DNA from: Candidatus Methylomirabilales bacterium
GTDB lineage: Bacteria; Methylomirabilota; Methylomirabilia; Methylomirabilales; CSP1-5
Direction: 5' to 3'
NCBI GenBank assembly: GCA_041599135.1
Contig: JBFHXD010000001.1
Coordinates: forward strand, 7,473 to 71,472
Length of the DNA stretch: 64,000 nt
Shown here: positions 1 through 8,091 of the stretch, in pieces
Position numbering within the stretch: the stretch's first letter is position 1
Layout: each line of letters begins with the position of its first letter
Notes under the pieces: model-generated
The model's database searches: none
The model's input: only the letters and a program-made list of their open reading frames with translations
What the model was told of the DNA's origin: nothing
Made by a program: the position numbers and the translations under genes

Positions 1-1
1 C

Positions 2-544
2 CTGATCCCGCTCCGGCGCATTTTCCGCCTCGACGCCTATCTCACCCAGTCACATCTCGAGCACCTCGCCAAGCTCATCATCCTCACCGGCCTCATTGTC
101 GGGTACGCCTATATAGTCGAAACGTACATTGCGTGGTACAGCAACAACGTGCCCGAGTGGCAACGGTTTCTCTATCAGGTTACCGGCGAGTACGCCATTC
201 CCTTCTGGATCATGATCCTGTTCAATTCACTGATTCCTCTGCTCTTCTTCGTTAAACGGATCCGGACGAGCACGCCCTGGCTGTTCGCCATCGCCATCTT
301 GATCAACATCGGGATGTGGTGCGAGCGATTCGTGATCATCGTCACCGGGCTGGCCCACGAGTACGACCCGTACTCCTGGGGGCTCTACTTCCCGACGTGG
401 GTGGACATCAGCATTACGCTGGGTAGCTTCGCCTGGTTTTTCTTCTGGTTTCTCCTTTTTGCGAAGTTCTTGCCAGTCGTCTCCATCGTGGAGGTAAAGG
501 AAGAGTTGCCGCCTCCCATGAAGGCAATTACAGTGGAGGGATAA
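2..544 (+). CDS. actC: Alternative complex III subunit ActC-like (NrfD/PsrC-family polytopic membrane subunit), 5' end cut by the window edge
   Basis: Frame 2 is open from base 2 (LIPLRRIFRLDAYLTQSH...IVGYAYIVETYIAWYSNNVPEW). The C-terminus is strongly hydrophobic. It is followed without gaps by ActD-like, second NrfD-like and cytochrome c genes. Confidence 0.75.
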   Translation: MIPLRRIFRLDAYLTQSHLEHLAKLIILTGLIVGYAYIVETYIAWYSNNVPEWQRFLYQVTGEYAIPFWIMILFNSLIPLLFFVKRIRTSTPWLFAIAILINIGMWCERFVIIVTGLAHEYDPYSWGLYFPTWVDISITLGSFAWFFFWFLLFAKFLPVVSIVEVKEELPPPMKAITVEG

Positions 545-545
545 G

Positions 546-1061
546 ATGGCGCGACCGTCCGCCGGACTCGTCGGGAGCTTTCGCCATCTGGATAGCCTGC
601 TCCAGGCTATTGATCGGCTCCGCCAGGCGGGCTTTCGGGACCTGCAGGCTTTGTCCCCGGTGCCCCATCACGCCATCGACGAGGCCCTCCACAAGCCGCC
701 CAGCCCGGTGCGGGTATTCACCCTTATCGGCTGCCTGCTGGGCGCCACGACCGGTTTCGCTTTGACCATCGCCACCTCGCTCCACTATCCGCTCATCACC
801 GGCGGTAAGCCGATCGTGTCAATCCCCCCATTTCTCATCATCGTTTTCGAACTCACTATTCTCTTCGGCGGGCTGTTGACGCTCGGGGGGATGCTGCTCA
901 ATGCTCGCTTACCGCGAGTACAGATCGTGCCGGCGTACGATCCGCGCTTCTCGGAGGACCGGTTCGGCCTATGGGTGCGCTGCGAGGCGAGCGATTTCGA
1001 CACCGTCACGCGCCTGCTCGAAAGCGCGGAAGCGGAGGAGGTCCATCGTGTTGGCGAGTAG
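546..1061 (+). CDS. actD: Alternative complex III subunit ActD-like (DUF3341 membrane protein)
   Basis: GGAGGG RBS lies 6 nt upstream. The 171-aa product has a soluble N-terminal part plus two TM helices (FTLIGCLLGATTGFALTIA, FLIIVFELTILFGGLLTLGGMLL), typical of ActD. It sits between two NrfD-like genes. Confidence 0.75.
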   Translation: MARPSAGLVGSFRHLDSLLQAIDRLRQAGFRDLQALSPVPHHAIDEALHKPPSPVRVFTLIGCLLGATTGFALTIATSLHYPLITGGKPIVSIPPFLIIVFELTILFGGLLTLGGMLLNARLPRVQIVPAYDPRFSEDRFGLWVRCEASDFDTVTRLLESAEAEEVHRVGE

Positions 1062-1097
1062 GTGGAACGACCAGTGCGGGCCGGTGAAGGAGGTCTG

Positions 1098-2342
1098 ATG
1101 CCACAGCACTGGGAAGAGCGGTGGAAGGCATCGCGTCCGATCGCCCCGGCCCTCATCCGGTCCTTTGTCGGCCTGCTGGTCGTCGGCATCGGAACCTTCC
1201 TCGTCGGTCTGTTTCTGGATCCAATGCGGGCGTGGCAGATCTACCTGGTGAACTTCCTCTTTTGGGGTGCCCTGGCCCAGGGCGGTGTGGTCTTCGCCGC
1301 CATCTACCACGTGGTCGAGGCAAAATGGGGGCTTCCCATTCGACGCCTCGCCGAGGGCATGTCGGCGTTCCTTCCAGTCAGCTTGTTCCTCTTCCTTCCT
1401 CTCTATTTCGCATTGGAGCTGTTCTTTGGCCAGATACAGGAACTCAACCCGAGCCGGGGAGCGTGGTTCGATTCGCGATTCATCTTCGTTCGGGGCGGCC
1501 TCGGCCTTTCGTCTATGACCGTGTTGAGCCTGCTCTTCGTCTACTATTCCCTTCGACCGGGGGTTGGTGTTGCCCTGGAGCGGGGGTTCCGGCTTCGGCA
1601 AGGGCTTTACCGCTGGCTCACCGCGGAATGGCAGGGAGAGCAGATAGAGGTCCATCGGTGCGTGCGGGGCACGGACTTCCTCGCCGCAGGCGTGCTCATC
1701 GCCTATCCGATCACCTACAGTTTCATGGCCTTTGACCTGATCATGGCGCTCGACCCGTTCTGGTACAGCTCGCTCTTCGGCGCCTATTACTTCGTGAGTA
1801 CCTTCTACCTGGGGCTGGCTGGCGTGACCGTAGTGGCCGTGCTGGGCCGATGGTACTTCGATATGCCACCGATCACCACCGCCCATCTCGTGGACCTCGG
1901 GAAGCTCCTCTTCGGGTTCAACCTGCTGTACGCCGCGATGCTCTGGTCGCAATACGTTGTTATCTGGTACGGCAACCTTCCCGAAGAAACCCACTTCGTG
2001 GTCCTTCGCCTGTGGGAGAACCCCTGGTTCCCGCTCTCCTGGGCGGCCTTGTTTGCTGCCATCTTTATTCCATTCGTGATATTCCTAAGCCGCAAGGCCA
2101 AGGAGACCCCCGGGATCATGGTCGCTGTCGGGACGCTGATTGCCGTAGGATTGTGGCTCGAACGGTATGTGTTGGTCGTCCCGTCACTGTGGCATGGGAA
2201 GGGAGTCCCCTTCGGCTGGATGGAGATCGGGGTCACTCTTGGATTTCTCGGAGCAGCCGGTTTGAGTTATGTGCTTTTTCTCCAGTACTTCCCGATGCTT
2301 CCCGTTGTGAAGGCGTCGGTCGACGGGCCCTTAAGCCATTGA
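1098..2342 (+). CDS. actF: Alternative complex III subunit ActF-like (second NrfD-like polytopic membrane protein)
   Basis: ORF 1062..2342. I prefer the ATG at 1098 because it is preceded by GAAGGAGG-N5. About 10 predicted TM helices. Position is within the act cluster. Confidence 0.7.
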   Translation: MPQHWEERWKASRPIAPALIRSFVGLLVVGIGTFLVGLFLDPMRAWQIYLVNFLFWGALAQGGVVFAAIYHVVEAKWGLPIRRLAEGMSAFLPVSLFLFLPLYFALELFFGQIQELNPSRGAWFDSRFIFVRGGLGLSSMTVLSLLFVYYSLRPGVGVALERGFRLRQGLYRWLTAEWQGEQIEVHRCVRGTDFLAAGVLIAYPITYSFMAFDLIMALDPFWYSSLFGAYYFVSTFYLGLAGVTVVAVLGRWYFDMPPITTAHLVDLGKLLFGFNLLYAAMLWSQYVVIWYGNLPEETHFVVLRLWENPWFPLSWAALFAAIFIPFVIFLSRKAKETPGIMVAVGTLIAVGLWLERYVLVVPSLWHGKGVPFGWMEIGVTLGFLGAAGLSYVLFLQYFPMLPVVKASVDGPLSH

Positions 2343-2383
2343 GGGAGGCGAAGTCGTTGAGGAGATGCTTTCAAAGACGGCAG

Positions 2384-2884
2384 ATGAAGTACCTGTGGCG
2401 TTCCTTGTGTGGTGCGGCGGGGATTGTCGTGCTTGGGGTCGGCCTTGCCTACGGGTGGCCATGGAGCACCGACATGGATAAACAACCCTCCATTCGGCCT
2501 CTGGAAGAGCCGCGGCTCCCGCCACCCGGATCAATCCCGAGGCAAGGAAAAGAGCCGTCGATGAACCGCATGGAAGCCGGGGAGCAGTTGCGCAATCCGA
2601 TCACTCCTACAGCTGCCTCCGTTGAAAACGGAAAGCGCCTGTTCGAGATCTACTGCGCCCTGTGTCACGGCCCTGATGGGAAAGGCGGTGGCCCCATCGC
2701 CACGAAATTCGTCCCCCCTCCCGACCTCACGCTTGACATGTTTCGACAACGCCAGGACGGTTTCATCTACGGAACGATCCGGGATGGCGGGGCCCTCATG
2801 CCGGGCCAGGGAGGAGCCATCTCCCCTCGTGAACGGTGGGACATCGTCAACTATCTTCGGCATCTGCAAGGGAAACTGAGATAA
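2384..2884 (+). CDS. actE: Membrane-anchored monohaem cytochrome c (ActE-like)
   Basis: In-frame ATG at 2384 inside ORF 1850..2884. N-terminal TM/signal segment (LCGAAGIVVLGVGLAYGW). Single CALCH haem-binding motif and a distal Met region (GGALMPGQGG). Confidence 0.75.
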   Translation: MKYLWRSLCGAAGIVVLGVGLAYGWPWSTDMDKQPSIRPLEEPRLPPPGSIPRQGKEPSMNRMEAGEQLRNPITPTAASVENGKRLFEIYCALCHGPDGKGGGPIATKFVPPPDLTLDMFRQRQDGFIYGTIRDGGALMPGQGGAISPRERWDIVNYLRHLQGKLR

Positions 2885-2888
2885 CGAG

Positions 2889-3563
2889 ATGACGGTGACA
2901 TTGGCGATTCTTGGGCTCTTCCTGATGGCGGGAGGGGTTGCCGCTCAGCCAGAGCCCGCAGGGACGGCGGCTGCCCGGGGAGAACAGACATATAGGAGCG
3001 TCTGCTGGACATGCCACGGTCTGTACGGCCGGGGAGACGGCCCGGCTGCCCAGTATCTCGCAGTCCGCCCTCCCGATCTTACCGACCCGCGGGTGCTGGG
3101 GGACAGGTCTGATCACGAGATCGTCCGGCTCCTGACCGAGAGAAAAGATCGTCCCAATGCCGCGCATATGCCCATGGTGACTGTCACCGAGACCCTGAAG
3201 GAAGATGCACTCCGTGATGCCATCGCTTACATGCGGACCCTGGCGGTCCCGGGCAAACATGTGAGTGTCCTGGCGGGCAAGGATATTTACAACACCTTCT
3301 GTCAGGCGTGTCATGGGTCTCGAGGAGACGGAGAAGGACCTGCCGCCAAGAACCTGGTGGGCGTGAAGCCAAGGGATTTCACAGTCAAGGATTTTGTCGT
3401 CGAAGGGCGTGAGGAGGAAATTTCCCAAATCATCTTTCGAGGGGCCGCAAAAGCGTTTCATGGTTCCCCCTACATGCCCGAGTGGAGCACGACATTATCG
3501 CGCCAACAGGTCCAGGACGTTATCGAATACCTGAAGACCTTCAAAAGCCGGCCCCAACCGTAA
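2889..3563 (+). CDS. Dihaem c-type cytochrome, exported
   Basis: Signal peptide MTVTLAILGLFLMAGGVAA. Two CxxCH motifs (CWTCH, CQACH), each in a class-I cytochrome c-like half. Confidence 0.8.
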   Translation: MTVTLAILGLFLMAGGVAAQPEPAGTAAARGEQTYRSVCWTCHGLYGRGDGPAAQYLAVRPPDLTDPRVLGDRSDHEIVRLLTERKDRPNAAHMPMVTVTETLKEDALRDAIAYMRTLAVPGKHVSVLAGKDIYNTFCQACHGSRGDGEGPAAKNLVGVKPRDFTVKDFVVEGREEEISQIIFRGAAKAFHGSPYMPEWSTTLSRQQVQDVIEYLKTFKSRPQP

Positions 3564-3891
3564 TCGCCCCTCTTCTGGCTCGAGCCTCCCCCCCCATTTT
3601 TGTATCCCGTGCCTCTGATCCACGGCCTCTATGGGCCCCCGGATTAAGAGATAAGGAAGCAAATTGGGTGGGACACGGGCTGGTCCCGTGTGGCACAGTT
3701 GCCCCAGGGGATATCTCCGTACAAAAATGGGCCAGTAGCTCTGATCGGCATCAGGAAAAAGCCTGCCGTGGGACATCTCTGCCCCAATTAATCCTTACGC
3801 TATTTACGTCTGCTGCCATCCAATTGAGAAATACCCTTTAAAAACAAATACCTATGACGTGATGGTCTCTCCTTACTCGATGAGCGGGACG

Positions 3892-3907
3892 TGGCACTGC
3901 CCTTGCT
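3892..3907 (+). promoter_or_regulatory. Sigma-54 (-24/-12) promoter
   Basis: TGGCAC-TGCCC-TTGCT matches TGGCAC-N5-TTGCW exactly. It lies about 60 nt upstream of ATG 3966, which has a GGGAGGA RBS. Confidence 0.65.
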
Positions 3908-3965
3908 CCACGACCCCTCAAACCACGACCGTAGCTTTGGGGTACCTCAGGACGGGAGGACAGGG

Positions 3966-4508
3966 ATGGACCGACACCCGGCAGGTCGCATGCGACAGCT
4001 CATCCGCTGCCATCGTATCCTTGACCGTCTCACGAACAGCCGGATCGGATATAACGCCAGCCAGCTTGCCGAGGAACTCGGATATACCCCGAAAACGATC
4101 TACCGAGATCTGCGAGCCCTCCGGGAGGCTGGCGTCCAGATCTGGTACCAGGCCCGCTCTCGGCGGTTTCGCCTGGTGAAGAATGGACTGGTCGGGGCAC
4201 ACCTCGGTGAGAGAAGCAACGATCCGATCGAAAGGGACGTCGCCATTGGGGACCTTCGAGTAGGACTGCGGGAGGCCCGGCGGTACCTCGGTGTCCCGCT
4301 TCACTCTCTCAAGGAGCTCCTCCGTCGCCAGGAGATCGCGATCGTTCGAAATGGAGGACAAGTACAACTGAAGGTCGGGGATCTGGTCAGGTATAAACAC
4401 CTCAGGGAACTCGACACACCAGAGCTGAGGGAGAGGTCCAACAATGGTCAACCCGATGCGGAAAGGGTTACCCGGCGGGGGCTGCCCGTACCTCCGTCGG
4501 CAGCCTGA
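3966..4508 (+). CDS. HTH transcriptional regulator (DeoR/HTH_11-type N-terminal domain plus C-terminal excisionase/MerR-like HTH)
   Basis: ORF 3891..4508. The ATG at 3966 is chosen because the sigma-54 promoter overlaps the longer start and a GGGAGGA RBS precedes 3966. N-terminus reads YNASQLAEELGYTPKTIYRDLRALREAG. C-terminus reads LGVPLHSLKELLRRQEIAIVRNG. Confidence 0.6.
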   Translation: MDRHPAGRMRQLIRCHRILDRLTNSRIGYNASQLAEELGYTPKTIYRDLRALREAGVQIWYQARSRRFRLVKNGLVGAHLGERSNDPIERDVAIGDLRVGLREARRYLGVPLHSLKELLRRQEIAIVRNGGQVQLKVGDLVRYKHLRELDTPELRERSNNGQPDAERVTRRGLPVPPSAA

Positions 4509-4704
4509 CGTCACCGGAACTCTGGTCCCGGCGTACTGCCGCGATCCTCTCTCACGGTTCAGCACGGTCCCGGGTTTCTGGGAGTACTGGAACCGCTGTA
4601 CGACAGCAAAACATATCCGTTGCCCGCTGTATAGACGCCATCGCCGGCGCAGCCACGAGACCGGCCTCAGGCAGGGAATGGAACACCGGACAATGACCCG
4701 GTGA
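4444..4704 (+). CDS. Candidate small basic Cys/Trp-rich protein, possible substrate peptide of the downstream radical SAM enzyme. Speculative.
   Basis: 86-aa ORF with GGGAGAGG-N7-ATG. Its TGA overlaps the GTG start at 4701 (GTGA). G/C-rich third codon positions. 4 Cys and a PGFWEYWNRC cluster. The start lies inside the regulator gene in another frame. Confidence 0.25.
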   Translation: MVNPMRKGLPGGGCPYLRRQPDVTGTLVPAYCRDPLSRFSTVPGFWEYWNRCTTAKHIRCPLYRRHRRRSHETGLRQGMEHRTMTR

Positions 4705-5861
4705 TCAGCAAGTGCTCGCGGAAGTCACTGGAGGCAAGAGCTGCCATGAATCTGTCACCAGAGCTTGCCGAGAAAATGATCGCTTCCCAGTACGTGTATT
4801 CAAACGCCCCGCGTAACGTCTACTGGGAGATGACGATTGCCTGTGATCTTGTCTGTAAACACTGCCGCGCCGAGTCCATTCCCTGCCGCGACCCCCAGGA
4901 GCTGACCACGAAAGATGGAAAGGCTCTGATGAGGGATGTCAAGAGTATGGGCAGCATGATGATTCTGACGGGCGGAGATCCCATGAAGCGGGACGATCTG
5001 CTTGACCTCATCGCCTACGCCCGGGACATTCGATTGCCTCTCGGAATCACGCCGAGCACGACTCCCACCCTGACCCGAGACATCGTCCGCCAATTTCGAA
5101 TGCTCGGGGTCGCGGCCATGGGGATCAGCCTTGATGGCCCCAATGCGGAGGTTCACGACACCTTCCGGGGAGTCCCGGGAACCTTCGAACACTCCATCAA
5201 AGCCCTCACATGGGCACGGGAATCTCACCTCCAAGTGCAGGTGAACACCACCGTCACCCAGGAAACGCTCCCCCACTTGCCCTCCATGTACCGCCTGTTA
5301 CGGGACGAGGCATGTCCCCCGGTTCGCCGGTGGACCCTGTTTCTCCTCGTCCCGGTCGGCCGGGGAGCCACCCTGGGCCTCCCTTCGGCCGAGGACGTGG
5401 AGAACCTCTTCGCCTGGGTCTACTCTCTCTCCACGAATGCCCCGTTCCACGTGAGCACGGTGGAGGCTCCTCATTATCGACGGTACTGGATTCAACGAAA
5501 GCTCGCAGAGGGGATGTCGTTCGAAGAGATCCAGCGACTGGGAAAGCGAATGGGCTTCGGGATCCGTGACGGAAACGGAGTCATCTTTGTCTCCCACAAG
5601 GGGGAGGTGTATCCCGCAGGCTTTCTCCCCTCTCCGTTCCTCGGCAACGTTCGCGAGCAGCCGCTGTCCGAAATCTACCGGAACTCACCCTTGCTGATGG
5701 CACTCCGGGATATGGATCGCGTAAACGGAAAATGTGGACGCTGCGAATTCCGCTGGATCTGCGGGGGATCGCGCGCGCGGGCCTACGCCGTCACCGGCAA
5801 CTACTTGGCGGAGGAGCCCCTGTGCGCCTACGAACTCCAGGGAGGGAATGGTGCAAATTAA
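4701..5861 (+). CDS. Radical SAM / SPASM-domain enzyme (resembles the uncharacterised TIGR04053-type family)
   Basis: CDLVCKHC (CxxxCxxC) radical SAM cluster motif, a GGDP SAM-binding motif, and a C-terminal Cys-rich SPASM region (GKCGRCEFRWICGGSRARAY...PLCAY). An alternative start is ATG 4746. Confidence 0.85.
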   Translation: MISKCSRKSLEARAAMNLSPELAEKMIASQYVYSNAPRNVYWEMTIACDLVCKHCRAESIPCRDPQELTTKDGKALMRDVKSMGSMMILTGGDPMKRDDLLDLIAYARDIRLPLGITPSTTPTLTRDIVRQFRMLGVAAMGISLDGPNAEVHDTFRGVPGTFEHSIKALTWARESHLQVQVNTTVTQETLPHLPSMYRLLRDEACPPVRRWTLFLLVPVGRGATLGLPSAEDVENLFAWVYSLSTNAPFHVSTVEAPHYRRYWIQRKLAEGMSFEEIQRLGKRMGFGIRDGNGVIFVSHKGEVYPAGFLPSPFLGNVREQPLSEIYRNSPLLMALRDMDRVNGKCGRCEFRWICGGSRARAYAVTGNYLAEEPLCAYELQGGNGAN

Positions 5862-6543
5862 CAGTTGTTCAGAGTGTGGGGCAAAACGGAGTTGCCTGTT
5901 GGTCAGCCAGCTCACTCCCGAAGAGATCGAGACCACGAGGGGGATCCGCCACATCCGCAGCTACCTGGCCCGACAGACCCTGTACCACGAGGGGATGCCC
6001 GCCTTGGGCATCCACATCCTCTGCTCGGGTCGGGTGAAACTCTCGCGGGGACACGATGACGGACGGCAGCAGATCTTGCGGATTGTGGGTCCGGGAGAGA
6101 TCTGTGGGGAGGAAGCCCTCTTGGACGGGGCACCCTACACGAATACCGCTGAGGCGCTCGAAACCTGCCAGAGTGCCTTCATGAGACGCGAGGCGTTTCT
6201 CGACCTTCTCCAGAATCGGGACCGAATCCTCCTCCCTCTCCTCCGTCACATTTGCCAAGTGTTGATACAGACCCAGGTTCGGCTCACCCATGTGGCCCTC
6301 AGTGATGCCCGGACGCGGATGGCTGCGCAACTGTTGGATCTCGCAGAACGCTATGGAGAGCCAGAGTCGAAGGGAACCACCCTTCGCTTGGCCTTGCGTC
6401 GGGGCGAACTGGCTGCTCTCGTCGGCGTCAGCCCCGAGACGGCCATGCGGCTCCTGAGCCAATTTCAGCGCGAAGGGCTTCTTGAGGTGCGCGGCCGTCG
6501 CCTCACGCTTAAATCCCCGGAGCGACTCCGGGGCCTGCTCTGA
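5848..6543 (+). CDS. Crp/Fnr-family transcriptional regulator with an N-terminal Cys cluster
   Basis: ATG 5848 is preceded by GGAGGG and overlaps the radical SAM gene by 14 nt. cNMP-binding-like beta-roll (LYHEGMPALGIHILCSGRVKL) and a C-terminal HTH (RGELAALVGVSPETAMRLLSQF). N-terminus reads CSECGAKRSC. Confidence 0.85.
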   Translation: MVQINSCSECGAKRSCLLVSQLTPEEIETTRGIRHIRSYLARQTLYHEGMPALGIHILCSGRVKLSRGHDDGRQQILRIVGPGEICGEEALLDGAPYTNTAEALETCQSAFMRREAFLDLLQNRDRILLPLLRHICQVLIQTQVRLTHVALSDARTRMAAQLLDLAERYGEPESKGTTLRLALRRGELAALVGVSPETAMRLLSQFQREGLLEVRGRRLTLKSPERLRGLL

Positions 6544-6571
6544 GAGGCGAAGAGGGAATGGGGAGGACGAA

Positions 6572-8032
6572 TTAGGAAGGGTCGTCAGTGCCGGAGGATT
6601 CGCGCTTTCCGGAGATCCCGAGTTCCTTCATTCGCTTTCGCAGGGTGTTCCGGTTAATCCCCAAAAGCTGAGCGGCCTTGAGCTGATTCCCGCCCGCCCG
6701 TTCCAGGGCAGCCTGCAGGAGGGGACGTTCGACCAACGAAAGGACGTGCTCGTACAGCTGCCCCTTCTTCTCCTGGCCTATGCGCCTGAGCTCTGCCCGG
6801 ACTTCGCGCCCGAGTCCTCCCGGGGTGAGAGCATCTTCGGTCCCTGAAGGGCGAGTCGCGGCCTGCAGGGCTTCAGGTAAGTGTTCCGGGAGGATGAGAC
6901 GCGTCCGGGACAGGAGACAGGCCCGCTTGATCACATTCTCGAGTTCCCGGACATTGCCGGGCCAATGGTAGCGGAGGAGGCACGTGATGGCTTCCGGGCA
7001 GATCTCTTTGTGGTCGTCTCCGGCATACAGCCGGAGGAAATGCGTGATCAGCAGAGGAATATCCTCCCGACGTTCGCGCAGCGGTGGGAGCGAAATGGTC
7101 ACCACGTTCAACCGGTAAAAGAGGTCCTCCCGGAAGATACCCCGGCTGACCAGAGCCTGGAGGTCCCGGTTGGTCGCGGCCAGAATGCGGACGTCCGCGG
7201 TGATGGGAACCTCACCTCCTATCCGCTCAAAGCGCCGTTCCTCGAACACACGAAGGATCTTTGTTTGCAGCGCCGGTTCCATTTCACCAATTTCGTCGAG
7301 GAAAACGGTTCCGCCATCCGCCAGCTCGAATTTCCCCCGCCGGGTTGCCAAGGCGCCGGTAAAGGCCCCTTTCTCATGGCCGAAGAGTTCACTCTCAAGC
7401 AGGTCTTTGGGGATGGCAGCACAGTTGACCGTCACGAAGGGACCATGGCATCTCGGGCTGTTTTTGTGGATCGCCCGAGCGATGAGCTCCTTGCCGGTTC
7501 CACTTTCACCCTCGACGAGGACTGTCGCATCGCTGTCCGCCACCTGCCCCACCAGCTTGAACACCCCTTGCATTTCCGGACTCGTTCCCACGATCTCGTC
7601 CAGTTCCTGTCGATCCTTGAGCTGCGCCTTGAGTCGGTTGAGTTCGCGGGTCAGCGTCTGGACTTCTAACGTCCGACGCACCAGCAGGGTGAGTTCCTCA
7701 AAATCAAAGGGCTTGGTGATATAGTCGTATGCCCCCCGTTTCATGGCCTCGACGGCTGCCTTAAGACTGCCGAAGGCGGTCATGATGATCACCATCGCTC
7801 CGGGATGCCGGTCTCGCAACAGCGAGAGGGCCTCCAGCCCATCCAGGGTAGGCATCTTGATGTCCATGAGCACCAGATCGGCGCTCACCCGCTCGGCCGT
7901 GTCGACCGCGGCCTTCCCATCCGCGGCCGTGTAGACGTTGTACCCCGATCGCTCTAGCGCCTTTTTTAGCGTAAAGCGGACACTCTCTTCATCGTCCGCG
8001 ACGACAATTCTTGCTCGTGCAACCTCTGCCAC
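6572..8032 (-). CDS. Sigma-54-dependent response regulator (NtrC/AtoC family: REC + AAA+ + Fis-type HTH)
   Basis: Receiver domain (VVADDEES...LVLMDIKMP), Walker A GESGTGKE, GAFTGA sigma-54 contact motif, and C-terminal QLKAAQLLGINRNTLRKRMKELGI. Confidence 0.92.
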   Translation of the reverse strand: MAEVARARIVVADDEESVRFTLKKALERSGYNVYTAADGKAAVDTAERVSADLVLMDIKMPTLDGLEALSLLRDRHPGAMVIIMTAFGSLKAAVEAMKRGAYDYITKPFDFEELTLLVRRTLEVQTLTRELNRLKAQLKDRQELDEIVGTSPEMQGVFKLVGQVADSDATVLVEGESGTGKELIARAIHKNSPRCHGPFVTVNCAAIPKDLLESELFGHEKGAFTGALATRRGKFELADGGTVFLDEIGEMEPALQTKILRVFEERRFERIGGEVPITADVRILAATNRDLQALVSRGIFREDLFYRLNVVTISLPPLRERREDIPLLITHFLRLYAGDDHKEICPEAITCLLRYHWPGNVRELENVIKRACLLSRTRLILPEHLPEALQAATRPSGTEDALTPGGLGREVRAELRRIGQEKKGQLYEHVLSLVERPLLQAALERAGGNQLKAAQLLGINRNTLRKRMKELGISGKRESSGTDDPS

Positions 8033-8054
8033 AGCAATTCCTCAGCAGCTGGGA

Positions 8055-8086
8055 TGCTAGGAGGCTAGTAGCGTCCTAGCCTGACA
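8055..8086. repeat. Octamer palindromic array (family A), minimal copy
   Basis: TGCTAGGA GGCTAGTA | GCGTCCTA GCCTGACA: two forward and two inverted octamers back to back in the kinase/regulator intercistronic spacer. Confidence 0.7.
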
Positions 8087-8091
8087 GCATG

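Noticed and set aside
969-1994. 341-aa minus-strand ORF (and the 204-aa + ORF at 1121..1735) overlapping the ActF-like gene
   Set aside because: It is an antisense or out-of-frame shadow ORF typical of GC-rich DNA. The product is Pro/Arg/Gly/His-rich with no motif. The + frame at 1098..2342 encodes a coherent polytopic membrane protein.
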